Part shown: piece after piece, positions 20,756 through 31,557 of the stretch
How positions within the stretch are numbered: the stretch's first letter is position 1
How the letters are laid out: the number at the start of each line of letters is the position of its first letter
Assembly: GCA_012862495.1 (NCBI GenBank)
Contig: BLSG01000403.1
Location: 40,526 to 92,721, forward strand
Direction: 5' to 3'
DNA from: Thraustochytrium aureum
Lineage: Eukaryota
Length of the DNA stretch: 52,196 bases
The notes under the pieces: model-generated
What the model was told of the DNA's origin: nothing
Database searches by the model: none
The model's input: the letters and a program-made list of their open reading frames with translations, nothing else
Program-made: the position numbers and the translations under genes

Positions 20756-22231
20756 ATGCGCGCTGCTCGTGTTGCTGCTCTTCTCCTCGTGGCCACGGCA
20801 GCGGTAGGTGAAGCGGCGACGACCAAACCAAACAAGCTCGGCGAGGCATTCCAAGCGCCTCCGCTGCAATTCGGCTTCCACGACGGCTCGGCCAGGCGGC
20901 TGCAAGCCAACGCGGCCCGAATCGACTGGGCTGCGCTTCGCAGTGTTGTTGTGAGCCTTCCGCAGGGAAAAGTTGAGGTAGAGCTGCGGCCCAATGACAG
21001 CCTCCTCTCGCCCTCATATATGGAAATGACAGCGGGCCCATCCGGCGAGCTTGTCGCGCGAAGCTCTCGACACTATGCCGAGGCGCTCAAGGAGCCTTGC
21101 CACTTCCTCGGCACCGTCCGCGGTGATATCGGAAGTGCAGCTGCCATATCCACGTGCGGAGGCCAGGTCGTTGGCTGCCTGCTCATGAGCAGCCACTCGG
21201 TCCAGATCGAGCACGCCGTGGGCGCCGCAACAACCGCGATTCGGCAGCTTGTCGCAGATGGCTCCCACGACGCGGAAGACCCGGTCGACATCGCCCTCCC
21301 AAAGATGACCCCGATCCTCGTCGAGGAGCCTGCAAGTGCCAGAGCAGCCACGCGGGGTTCTGTCGCAGCAAAGGAAGCAGCACCGGGGCCGCTGTCGGAG
21401 CAACTCACGATTGAGATTCTTCTTGTCTCTGACGAAAAGCGTATCGCTGGGTTTTCAACGCTGGCGGCGCTTCAGCAGGCAAACATGGCGGTGGCCAACC
21501 AAGTGGCAGCCTATTTCAGCCGACTGAAACCTGGCCAAGTTTCGATTTCCATCGCGCTTGCAGGCCAGATTTACTGGTCCAGAGATCCAATCACAGCGAC
21601 GACCAGCGCAGCGACGCTTCTGGACGAGGTCAACAAGTGGCGCATTGCGGCTCTCGAGAACAACCAGCTCCCGCAACATGACGCCCTGCACTTGCTGAGC
21701 GGCCGCAACTTTGACGGTAGAACGATTGGCCTGGCGCGTCTCGAGTCTATCTGCGACGACACTACAGAGTGCAGCCGAGTGGACGAGGGTTACTGCGCGA
21801 CGCGAAACGGCGCTGAAATTGGGTGCTGTGTTCGCCAAGCGGCGGCTATTTCAGAGGCTGCCTCCGCAAGCCCGATTCTTGCTGCTGAGACCATGGCCCA
21901 CGAGATCGGCCATCAGCTTGGGATCGACCACGACGGCTCGTCAGGGCGAAATAGCTGCGATCCGACCAAGTATCTGATGGCCTCGTTCTCGGATCAGTTT
22001 TCGGACTCCAGCATGACCTGGTCGAGCTGTTCCCAGGCAACCGTTGCCAAGCTGCACGCGCAGGGCTGGACATCTTGGGACTACCACCCATATACCTGCT
22101 TGCAAAACCGTCCTGGCCAAGTGGTCGGAGCACCAGTGAGCGAAAACAAAGGCGAGGGGTCATTCGTACGCACAGTCCCCGTCCTCATTGCGCTGGTTTT
22201 GCCCGCCGGCCTCGCCCTCCGCGGGGGCTGA
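20756..22231 (+). CDS. Secreted/GPI-anchored M12B reprolysin-like metalloprotease, intronless, 491 aa
   Basis: Signal MRAARVAALLLVATAAVGEA, PCHFLGTVRG, IEILLVSD, HDALHLLSG..GLA, HEIGHQLGIDHD, YLMAS, WSSCS, hydrophobic tail. Confidence 0.93.
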   Translation: MRAARVAALLLVATAAVGEAATTKPNKLGEAFQAPPLQFGFHDGSARRLQANAARIDWAALRSVVVSLPQGKVEVELRPNDSLLSPSYMEMTAGPSGELVARSSRHYAEALKEPCHFLGTVRGDIGSAAAISTCGGQVVGCLLMSSHSVQIEHAVGAATTAIRQLVADGSHDAEDPVDIALPKMTPILVEEPASARAATRGSVAAKEAAPGPLSEQLTIEILLVSDEKRIAGFSTLAALQQANMAVANQVAAYFSRLKPGQVSISIALAGQIYWSRDPITATTSAATLLDEVNKWRIAALENNQLPQHDALHLLSGRNFDGRTIGLARLESICDDTTECSRVDEGYCATRNGAEIGCCVRQAAAISEAASASPILAAETMAHEIGHQLGIDHDGSSGRNSCDPTKYLMASFSDQFSDSSMTWSSCSQATVAKLHAQGWTSWDYHPYTCLQNRPGQVVGAPVSENKGEGSFVRTVPVLIALVLPAGLALRGG

Positions 22232-22427
22232 GCAACCTCATAGCGAGTCGTGGGAACGGTGCTGGTTGTACAGAAGGATACGGTATAGATTCTAAAGTAA
22301 AGATAGGCCTCCAGAGCTAGCTCAAGCTAGAGATCGATAGCGCCATCCATTTCCAGCATTGTCCCTTTGACGCCGCATTCAAGTTGCGCGCGCCGCTCAA
22401 TGCTGCACGCCCAGGTAGCCTTAACAG

Positions 22428-24329
22428 CTATATGAAGTCGTCCAGAACCTGGGCCGTGTGCTTGCCAAGCGTGCCGGAGCTCCCTTGGGCGCTCGAGGTG
22501 GGGAGCGAGGTGTACTTGCGCGCCAGCTTGGTGAGCGACCGCTCCGCGCTTGCTTCGGCCGATTCCTCCTGAGCTCCAAACGTAAACGCCGCCTTGAAAC
22601 CATCCTGAAGCTTGCTGGACCGCGCTGCCACATCGGAGGCGTATGTTGCCAAGGCAGCGTGGATCCCATCGCTGCGTGACTCGCCAATGAGCCCGTTGAA
22701 GTTGCGCACCTGTGGCAAGTTTCGCCAAAAGGATTCGTCCTTTTTCACTGGCGCAACCTCCTTGACCTTGAACATGACATACCCGACCACCCAGATAACT
22801 ATTATGTTGGACAGTGTGAGCAAAAGGCTCCACCCAGACGCCGTCGCAATGCCGTTGACAGAGTACTTGGTTCCATCAACACCGATGATTTGATTGTGCG
22901 GATCTGTCTGAACGTGAGTGGTGCCCCAGAGCAGTACCACGGCGAGCAGTATGCCGCTGTTCACCGCGGGCGGAAGAAGCGAAGCGGAAATGGCAACTCC
23001 AACAAGCGACGACTGGTTATTGCCGAGCACGGACAACGCGACGCCCACCGCGGACGGGATCGCGATCGCAATGCCCACGAGCACCCCGTTTGGCGTTCCT
23101 CGAGAAGCCATTTCGCTGGTTGGCCATCCGTCGCCAATGAGCGGCGCAGAGCACAGACCGCCTATGAAACCAATGAAAAGCGCGAGCAACAGACCCATCA
23201 GCTCAGAAAACAGCCCCCGTTTGATCATCGCCCTGTCGTTCACCGTGAGGCCAAACGTGACGGCGAGGATAGGACCCATCAGCGGGCTCACCAGCATAGA
23301 GGCGACGATGACTATACGGCGCGAAGGCAGCGAACGGATCAGAGTCGTGCACGCGTTAGCCGGCTGCCTCCCCCGATTGATGAACCACCATCTTTCGTAG
23401 AGCAACTCGCAATCACCGCACAGACGAGCGAAACTTACCAACGACGTTGTCTGTCACCAGTCCTATGCAAGCTAGGATGGAAGCCACAATGACCAGCATG
23501 ACAAAGTCGAATGAGAACGCGGCACCGGCGTTCACAAGGTCCACAACGTGGTCAACTGCGATCCGAGATTTGATGGTGTCAACAAAATCCCCTGCATAGC
23601 GGCGGAGGTTGCCCTGCATCTGAGCGTCATGCAGTTTGCGCTCCTCGTCGATCTCGGCCTGAATCGTCTGGGCGCGATCTTCATGCTCAATTTGGTCGTC
23701 CAGGTCCTTGCTCAACTCGAACGAGCCGAAATTCAGGCTATGGTCAGGCGGTGTGGGCAAGCCCGATCCGGCGTGAGGTCGGTGGGGCGGACTCTGCTCT
23801 GCAGGCTGAGCGGATACCTGACCGCGTTCGAGGGTGCTACTGCCTGAGGAGGACTCCTCGAATCTAGGCGCACCAGGGTTTGAAGGCTGGATGCCCGAGC
23901 GGACCATCGCAAGTGGCGCCACAGTGACGGTGCCCACTGTCTGGATCCTGTTCGCGTCGCGCCCCCCCGCCCCGACCCGCCCACACCGATGCTGTCGAGC
24001 TCGTTGATCCAATGCTCGGCGGCGGCAAGCCGGCACGTGAACTGGATCTGGGACCATCGCGCCTTGCCGTTCAGGTACAGGGACTCGGAGACAAAGCCAA
24101 GCTCGGCCTTGTTAGCAAGAATGAGCGCACGGACTTGCTCTGCGACCCTGGTGTCCCGCGGCTTTGTCAGCGTCCCCGACACATCAACCCTTTGTGCGGG
24201 GGACACGGGAGCCTCGCCTAGAACGTTGCCGACTTTCTTCGTTGCGCCCTTGCCGATCACCAGGGCTTGTGCCCCTGCAGCGCTGTGGAAGACGCACGGG
24301 ACGTGGACGGTGAAGAGGGCGAAGCTCAT
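22428..24329 (-). CDS. DUF389 family membrane protein; intron 23312-23438; frameshift near 23965
   Basis: After splicing: IGLVTDNVVVIVASMLVSPLMGPILA, EMASR, LVGVAISASLLPPAVNSG. ATG at 24329; the frame change lies in a G run. Confidence 0.88.
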
Positions 24330-24939
24330 GGTTCTAGCTGTGCCTGAGACACCCACCAAACACTTGATTCGCGACAGCCAACAAGTGAGGTCTTGTGCCA
24401 AGATGAAGCTTCGAGGCCGCGACGACCTCTAGCCTTGCGGCGGCCGAGCCTTGCGGCGACCTCGCCAAGAAAGTGGGTCTGAAAGCAGATCCATTCAGTT
24501 TGGTTTGCTCGCCTGGACGAGGTCAGCCGCGGACCTTACGTCTACGTAGGTAGGCAACTTCCTCAATCATGCAGAGAAGGTGTTTGTCCGTTCAATCAAG
24601 ACCGTGGAAGCGGCGACAGCGGCGCGGCGGGACGCGAACTTGGCAATCTTCCGCGTCGATCTCGCGTTCCGCCAAGGCGTCGCGGGGCCATCTACCGCGC
24701 ATGCGAAGCAGAGCGGTGTGTGGAGGCTGGTCCGGCTGACCGACGGCGATCTCCCGAGCGCTGCTGACGTCAGTGATAGGCAGAAAGGCGCGAGTCAAAG
24801 CTAAACGCCGGGTCAAAAGCGGTCCCAAGGGCGAGGATTACGATGACTAATAAATCCGAAGTAGTCGAATTAGTCCAGAGGTCCGTTGAGCGACGCCGCA
24901 GCCCAAAACCATCGAGGCTGCGCAGCACATGATAGCCCT

Positions 24940-25028
24940 AGAGCCAGCCAGCCAGCCAGCAGGCAGCCAGCAGGCAGCGAGCCAGCAGGCAGCCAGCAGC
25001 CAGCGAGCCAGCAGGCAGGCAGCCAGGC
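24940..25028. repeat. (GCCA/GCAG)n microsatellite tract
   Basis: Visible directly, just upstream of ATG 25101. Confidence 0.8.
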
Positions 25029-25100
25029 GGAAAGCGCGAGGAATACAGCTTGCTAGCCAGGCGATCGGCAGTGCGGCGCGGCTCCTGGCAGGGCCAAACG

Positions 25101-25979
25101 ATGGCAACCCCAGCCGAGGTGGCCATGGGCAAGCACGAAGAGTTTTGCTCGATCAAACACTTTCCGACCCTCGTCGAGGCGCGCGTCAAGGGGTTTACGA
25201 CCGGGGCTGTGCTGATTGAAGACAAGCGGACGAGGCTGCAGCGAGACAGGTGCGACAAGGCCGTCGCGAAGGCCAAGGAACGGCCAGGCAAGAAGACGTT
25301 GTCGGTGAGTTCTCCGGTGAGCTAGCTGTGGCAGGGGAGGCCGGACCGGCGGCTGACAAGCGCCGTGCCATCGCAGGTTTTCCGACCTACCAAGGAGATC
25401 ACGAGCCTCTCCGACCTGCGTGAGCAGTTCAAGCGGCGCTCGAACGCGGAGCGCAACGGGAAGCGGCCAGGGGCGCCTGTACGTGTCCTGCCGAGCAGTA
25501 AGCGCATCCATGTAAGTCCCAATCGGCCCGAGAGGGGGCCAACGGAGCTCGCAACGACACGTACGCTGACTCGCTGGCCGATCCCGCCACAGGACGTGCC
25601 CTTTCGCCCAGTTAACCCTGCAGAGGCAAAGACTGCTATCGAGAGCCCGCGCGGCATATTAGCCAAGAACCCCATTCGTGAGGGGGACGGCAAACTCGTG
25701 GCTCGGCGCCCAGCCATGGCGACTGATACCCAACTCGGCTCGCGGCAGTGGCGCCCGGCCTCGACCTCGCCAAGGCACTTGGACACCTTCTTGAATGCCC
25801 CCGATGCAGAGTCGACAATCAAGGAGCGGCTGCGCATTGGATTGCAGCGTCGGAGGCAGCTGGTCGAATTCAACGACCAACTTGCCGTTGAAAACGCAGC
25901 GAGCAACTATGAGCGCGTGATCTCATATTTGAGCCGCTTCGAGGCGCGGTGCCGCCAGAGCAGCATGAGAGGCGTCTGA
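25101..25979 (+). CDS. Hypothetical basic protein, join(25101..25304,25377..25979), 268 aa
   Basis: A phase-0 intron (GTGAGT..CTGAC..CAG) joins the two ORFs in frame. Helical C-terminus; no family recognised. Confidence 0.65.
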
Positions 25980-26114
25980 GCGGCACCTCGAGCGGCACCT
26001 CGAGCGGCACCTCGAGCGGCACCTCGAGCGGCACCTCGAGCAGCACCTCGAGCGGCACCTCGAGCGGCACCTCGAGCGGCACCTTGAGCGGCACCTCGAG
26101 CGGCACCTCGAGCG
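25978..26114. repeat. 12-bp minisatellite (GAGCGGCACCTC) about x11
   Basis: Near-perfect array beginning at the stop codon of the upstream gene. Confidence 0.97.
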
Positions 26115-26285
26115 GGCCACGGCTAACAAGTCAAGCATCGCGGCCAGGAAGGAGCGGGCGCTCGCAGTCGACGAGGTTCGGCGCGCGCCGGGACCGAACA
26201 CTGGCCAGTGCTGTTCAACTTTAGAAAGAAAGGTGAATGGGCGCTGAATCTAGAGCAAGGCCAGGCGCTTGTAGCGGCTCGACCG

Positions 26286-26381
26286 CGCTCTGCTCGATCA
26301 GCACGTCTCGCTCCTACTCAAGCGAGTTGGCGCTCTGCTCGATCAGCACGTCTCGCTACAACTCAAGCGAGTTGGCGCTCT
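26286..26381. repeat. 45-bp direct repeat x2 (GCGCTCTGCTCGATCAGCACGTCTCGCT..ACTCAAGCGAGTTG)
   Basis: Visible directly. Confidence 0.85.
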
Positions 26382-26577
26382 CGACCACTTAATTTCATGA
26401 GAATCACCCGGCGTTGAGGGGGAAAAAAATCATTCTTGTAGGTTTCTGTGCAGTCCACTCGAGCAAATGCGGCAGGCGCCGCCCGGCGCTGCGCTTCCCG
26501 GGCACAGGCACAGCCGCAAACGCGTAAGTGCTCTGCGCCCCGAGCGGCCCGGCCCTCGCGCTATTGCAGCCGAACAT

Positions 26578-26814
26578 TTACTCCTTGGAAGCGCGGAGCT
26601 TCTCGTTGAAGGTGTCGAGCTTCTTGAACTGGCCGCGGGCCCAGAGCATCCAAGCGCCAGCGAAGACGAATCCGAGGGCAAGGCCAACGCCGATCTCGCG
26701 CTGGGCGATGTTCGACGCGGCGGCAGCGTCGGCGAAGCCGCGGCTGTTCGCGACGCGAAACGGCTGCACGCGGGGCACAAGGGCGGCCGACCGCCGGGCA
26801 AGCAGGGACTGCAT
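26578..26814 (-). CDS. Small mitochondrial single-TM protein, cytochrome c oxidase subunit 5c/6c-like, 78 aa
   Basis: Arg-rich presequence ending SRGFA, then REIGVGLALGFVFAGAW...KKLDTFNEKL, which resembles the plant COX5C pattern (KEIxxGLxLGLxAGxxW...F). Confidence 0.6.
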   Translation of the reverse strand: MQSLLARRSAALVPRVQPFRVANSRGFADAAAASNIAQREIGVGLALGFVFAGAWMLWARGQFKKLDTFNEKLRASKE

Positions 26815-27694
26815 CGTGTTCAAAGGGTTGTTGCGGGCGTCCACCAAGCGTCAAATCCAAGCTGCGGCGCGCACGCGTGTTGCGTCAGTCCCCTGCGCAC
26901 CTGCAACCTCGCCGGCGATCGTGCGAGCCGGCCGAACCAGCCAGCCAGCCAGCCGAACCAGCAGCCAGCCAGCACGCCAGCCAGCCAGCCGCCCAGAGCA
27001 AGCAAGCACGGCAATCCGAGCGCGAGATCTCGCGCGTCCCCGCGTGCGGCCCACTCACCTTCCTTCCGTCTGCGCGTCTCGTGTGTCTCCGTCGTCTGCA
27101 CGTCAGTCAGTCTGTCTGTCTGTCTGCCTGCTGCCTCGCTCCTGGCGTCCGTTCGTGCTTGTGAGGGCGGCCGAGAGCGCGCCACAGAACCCGCAGGCCC
27201 TCACAAACGGCAGTGAGGGCGCCCGCCGCCCCCCTCACGGGCGGGCCTGCAGGCGCGCAAGTCCTTGTGAGGCGACGCCGCCAGGCCCTCTCAGCCCCCG
27301 CGGCCGCCGCTGTGAGGAGGCTGCGCTGCGCTCCTCTGCGGAGAGCCTCGGCCACGCGCGCTCTCACAGCAACACACGCCAGGCAGACAGCCCGCAACTG
27401 TTAACATTCGCGCCCGCAGAGGGTCGCTCGAGGCACACTGGCCGCTCCCGCAGGAGGGGTGTTTCGAGGCACGGTGGACTCGGGGATGCGGCTGGTGCGT
27501 AGAGGGTCACACGGAGGGCGGGTGGACTCTGGCTCGTGAGCGGGTGTGTGCTTGCGTGCGTTTTCGTGCGAGGTGGAGTTGTTGCCTTGGTTTTGGCGAG
27601 TGAGCGGGCAGTGCCGGAACGAGAGGCGGAACAGGCGGGTGCGGGCTTGACGCGTGCGGCGAGGAGGCGGGTCTCTGGTCGGTGGCGCGCGGCG

Positions 27695-29770
27695 ATGGGG
27701 GCCAAGACGGCCACGCTCGCGATCGCCGCCGCGGCGATCGCGGGCGGCGGGCTCAGGCTGCTGCTTTACCCGCAGTTTGTGATTGGAGTTGTGCTGATTT
27801 GCGCGAGTGTGCTGCTCAAGCTCTCGCGAAATGTCATGGGCGTGCTCATCCTTGGAGCGACCTCACTTGTCGTCGCCGTGCTGACCATCCTGTTCAACAA
27901 GCGCATCGTTCGGGCGATCAAAAAGGCGACGCCGAGCCTGGGCCGCCACGCGCGCAAGGCGGCCGAGACGGTGCAGGCTGCATTGAGCCAGGGTTTCAAT
28001 GCCACCCCGCCATGGGCCTTCACAACGATCGGGTTCACGCTTCCTGCGCTTGGCCAGTTCGCCGGCTCGATGGCAACCGTGCAGATGCTCTCCAACCTCG
28101 ACACCAAGCCAAGCGCGCTGCCCGGAGCCGGGTACGTGGCTGTCTTTTCGCTCATGTACCTGCTCACGCTCACAACAGGGGTCTCCAAGACCTGGCTCAA
28201 GCCGAGCAAGGTAAGCTTCGTGCTGCAGTCGCTCTGGGTGACTCGGGCCATGTTCAGCTCCTCGGCCAGCGAACTCCACTTGAACAAATACCTTCCGTCT
28301 GTCCTGGCGGGGTGGGGCTCGTTCTTCCTCGGAATGACTTCGGGCGCAGCCATGGTCAGCGCCGCAAAAGCCGCGGCCGCTTCTGCGGCGGTCGCCAGCG
28401 CCGGCGTCGCCACCGTCGAGGGCGTGCGCGCGCTCCGAGGCGCCGGCGCAAAGGAGCCGGCAGCCAAATCCAACCAGCAGGACGCCCAGGCCGAGGCCCA
28501 AACAGAGACCGATCCACTGCTTGAGGAATTTGCGGACGAGGCGTTCGACAGCGACGTCCAGAGCGAGGCCGAAGCCGAGCCGGGACCGGGGTCAACCAGC
28601 GGCAAGGCACCGCACAAGCACAAACAGCGCACGTGGGAGTTTGACGTGGATGAAGTTGTCGAATCGTGGAAGGCCTGGTTCAAAGACGGCACCTTCGCAG
28701 CGTGGCTCCAGGAAAACTTTTCCCGGGAAGCGGTCAAGGCGATGTTCGCTGAGGCTCTCCGACCAAAGGCAAAGGCGCCGAAAAAGCCGAAAAGCGTGGC
28801 GACTGGCTCGGCCGAGGACGATGCCGACGAGGCCACTGACGACGCGATCGGCGAGGCGAGCGACGAAGAAGAGCCGCTCAGCGCCGAGGTCAAGGAGGAG
28901 ACGGAGGAATTCAAGCAAGATGCAGAGGAAGCCGGATTTGATGTCAACGTGCTGGCGCCGCCCCTGCAGGTCGCAGTGCCCGTGACGGTGTTCCGAGCGC
29001 TGCCGACGACGCTGACGCTCGTCGTCGGCACGCTCATGGCGATCCTCAGTGTTTTGCGCGGCCAGTTCAAGCCGGGAATGCTCGCCATCCCGCTCTTGCT
29101 AGCGCCGTTCGCAATGGGCGAGGTCGCCGGCCTGGTTCGCCAGGTCGGCGTGCGCCGCCTGCTCACGGGCGGCCTCTTCAAGCAAGAGTACCAAAGCGAG
29201 CTGCAGTCCAAGTACAAGGACGGCATGTCCCTCTTGCTGTGGCAGTCGCCGACTATGCTTCGCGCCTGGAACTCGGTGACGACGTTTCAGGGAGAGAATA
29301 TGCTGGAGGAACTCAAGCAGGCCCCAGCGCAGTTTTTCAACCCTGACGAGCAGACGATCGGCGAAACGCCTCCTCTGAGCTGGTTCATCCTAGCCAAGCT
29401 TGTGCTGTCGATCGTGATCGACATCATCGGGGCGAGCTCGTTCGCGGTGCCCGCGCTAGGCGAGCTCACGGACTTGGTGTGGGCGCCGATTCAAGGCTTT
29501 GTTGTTCACCACATGTACGCCATGCCCATGTTGTCCTGGTTGGGTGTCTTGGAGGAGCTCTTGCCCTTTACCGACTGGATCCCGACGGCCGTGGTCGGCT
29601 GGTTTTACATGTATGGCCAGTACCTCCCAGCTTGGGGGATCACGGCAGCGCGCAAGTGGTCGCCAAAGCCCACCGCAAGCACAAGCACCGCAGGGCCTCC
29701 AAGGCCTCCAAGGCAGAGTAGCCGGGGCGCGCGCTGCGCAGACTGTTTCGACGCAAGGACTGAGCAATAA
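27695..29770 (+). CDS. Multi-pass membrane protein with acidic linker and conserved C-terminal helical hairpin domain
   Basis: Intact ORF with N-terminal TM segments, an Asp/Glu-rich middle and C-terminal IDIIGASSFAVPALGELTDLVWAPI...LEELLPFTDWIPT...W. Confidence 0.75.
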   Translation: MGAKTATLAIAAAAIAGGGLRLLLYPQFVIGVVLICASVLLKLSRNVMGVLILGATSLVVAVLTILFNKRIVRAIKKATPSLGRHARKAAETVQAALSQGFNATPPWAFTTIGFTLPALGQFAGSMATVQMLSNLDTKPSALPGAGYVAVFSLMYLLTLTTGVSKTWLKPSKVSFVLQSLWVTRAMFSSSASELHLNKYLPSVLAGWGSFFLGMTSGAAMVSAAKAAAASAAVASAGVATVEGVRALRGAGAKEPAAKSNQQDAQAEAQTETDPLLEEFADEAFDSDVQSEAEAEPGPGSTSGKAPHKHKQRTWEFDVDEVVESWKAWFKDGTFAAWLQENFSREAVKAMFAEALRPKAKAPKKPKSVATGSAEDDADEATDDAIGEASDEEEPLSAEVKEETEEFKQDAEEAGFDVNVLAPPLQVAVPVTVFRALPTTLTLVVGTLMAILSVLRGQFKPGMLAIPLLLAPFAMGEVAGLVRQVGVRRLLTGGLFKQEYQSELQSKYKDGMSLLLWQSPTMLRAWNSVTTFQGENMLEELKQAPAQFFNPDEQTIGETPPLSWFILAKLVLSIVIDIIGASSFAVPALGELTDLVWAPIQGFVVHHMYAMPMLSWLGVLEELLPFTDWIPTAVVGWFYMYGQYLPAWGITAARKWSPKPTASTSTAGPPRPPRQSSRGARCADCFDARTEQ

Positions 29771-30130
29771 AAAAATGGAACGCGTTTCTCTGCGATTACG
29801 GGAGTAGGTANNNNNNNNNNNNNNNNNNNNNNNNNNNNNNNNNNNNNNNNNNNNNNNNNNNNNNNNNNNNNNNNNNNNNNNNNNNNNNNNNNNNNNNNNN
29901 NNNNNNNNNNNNNNNNNNNNNNNNNNNNNNNNNNNNNCTCTGCGATTACGGGAGGTAGGTACATCTCTCGACTCAGTGCCAAGAGGCGTGCACTCTGTCC
30001 CACCAAACGACAACCGAACCTAGCGGCGAAAGCAAGCAGAGCAAGCGCGGCCCGGCAGCGCAGTGGGCTGCGCGGGCGCTGCGTCTCGTCGCCACGGATC
30101 GTGCTGCATTGACATGCTCGGTCGCTCCAC

Positions 30131-31206
30131 CTAATCGAGGGCCTGAAGCAAGCTCGCCTGCGCGACCGGGTCGATGCTGTCGAGAAACGCCGTCAGGGCC
30201 TTGCAGGTATCAGGAAAACGGCTCGCAAGGTCACCGACGGGCGTGTTGCAAACTTGCTGCATCCCGCTGGCGCCGCACACGTCGTCAATGATGTGAGTCG
30301 GCAAACTGCACTCTTTCCCAGCGCACAGCTCGCGCACGATGCGAGCCACGTAGTCGTGCACCGTCTCCCGGCACTCTAGGAACCGCTTGACCTCGCGCTG
30401 GACAACCTTGCTCGCGCAGACATCGTGCACGCAGTCCTTGGACTCGAGCAGCCACTCGCCACTGTAGCTCATCACGACGTCCGCAAGGCAAGCCGGGCCC
30501 CAGTTGGGGCACTGAGCGGCGCTGTCGCGGAACGACTGGACGAGCTCCTTGCACTGTCTTGTAGCGCGCGACGCCAAAAGGGCCAGCGCTGAGGCGCTGA
30601 GCTCTTCGATGCCCGGGCAAGTCTTGTTGCGGCGCGGGTGCGGCCACAGCGGCGCCTCAAGGGGCAGCGCAGCAGCCCTCAGCCCCTTGCTCGGCTGCAC
30701 CATGCCGACGTCGCAGCCGAGCTTGGCGAGCTTAAAGATAGTAGAGACCTTGAAACTGCACGCAGCCTTTATCTCGGACGACTCGCTGCAGGCACGCTTG
30801 AGCGTGTCCTTCGCCAAGGAGCAGTCCTCGCTCTCCACAACCTTGCAGGCATCGTCCACAGCATCCTTGGCGTACGCCTCAAGGGTCTTGTCGCACGTCT
30901 CAAACGAGTGCATGACGTCGTGGAACGACTTGACTCCGCAGATCTTGTCCTGGCAGTCGTGCGCTGCGTCGACCAGCTCCTCGCGGTGCATATGAGTTGC
31001 TTGCTCAGGCAGACCACGTCGAGCTTGCCGCCGCAGGCCTTGCCGACCTCGGTCAAGGCCTCATTCAGCGCCTTGCACTCGCTCAGTTTGCCAGACACGA
31101 GCACGTCCACAGCGCTCTGCGCGACCTGCTGCGGCGTTGGGCAGGCCGCAGCGCCCGTCCCGACCGCGGCCAGCACTGCGACAGCGACTCCGCTCCAGCG
31201 TCCCAT
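30131..31206 (-). CDS. Secreted Cys-rich protein with two tandem helical domains; frameshift near 30993
   Basis: Signal peptide MGRWSGVAVAVLAAVGTGAAA. The two ORFs join by a 1-nt shift, and the Cys pattern is repeated internally. Confidence 0.75.
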
Positions 31207-31557
31207 CGTCAGCCAACTCGGCCGCCGGCTGGCTCCTCGCCTTTTCTGCCTCGCTGCCTCGCTGCTCCTCTGCCCTTCTGCCTGTCGATGGTGCGGTGCG
31301 GCCTGCGCGGGGGGTTGCTGGTCTGCCTGCGCCGATTCGAAGCGCTTCGCATTCACATGTCATTCACATGTTTCAGTGGTTGGTCCCAAGAAGAATTCCT
31401 TGCTCTTGTGCCAGACCCCGAACGTCCGCTGACGCCCATCACCCACCGCTTTGTTCTTGGCTTGGTGGGGTGCGGGGACTGCGGGCTCCCCTTGTCTTCC
31501 GCCCACCGAAGAGGCGCTGCGAGGACGGGCCGGCGTCGGGGTGGGCGGTGGCCGGGC

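Noticed and set aside
29788..29960. Duplicated 17-mer around a gap as the target-site duplication of a mobile element
   Set aside because: The interior is unsequenced and short, and no terminal repeats or transposase are visible; contig overlap or a collapsed tandem repeat is more likely.
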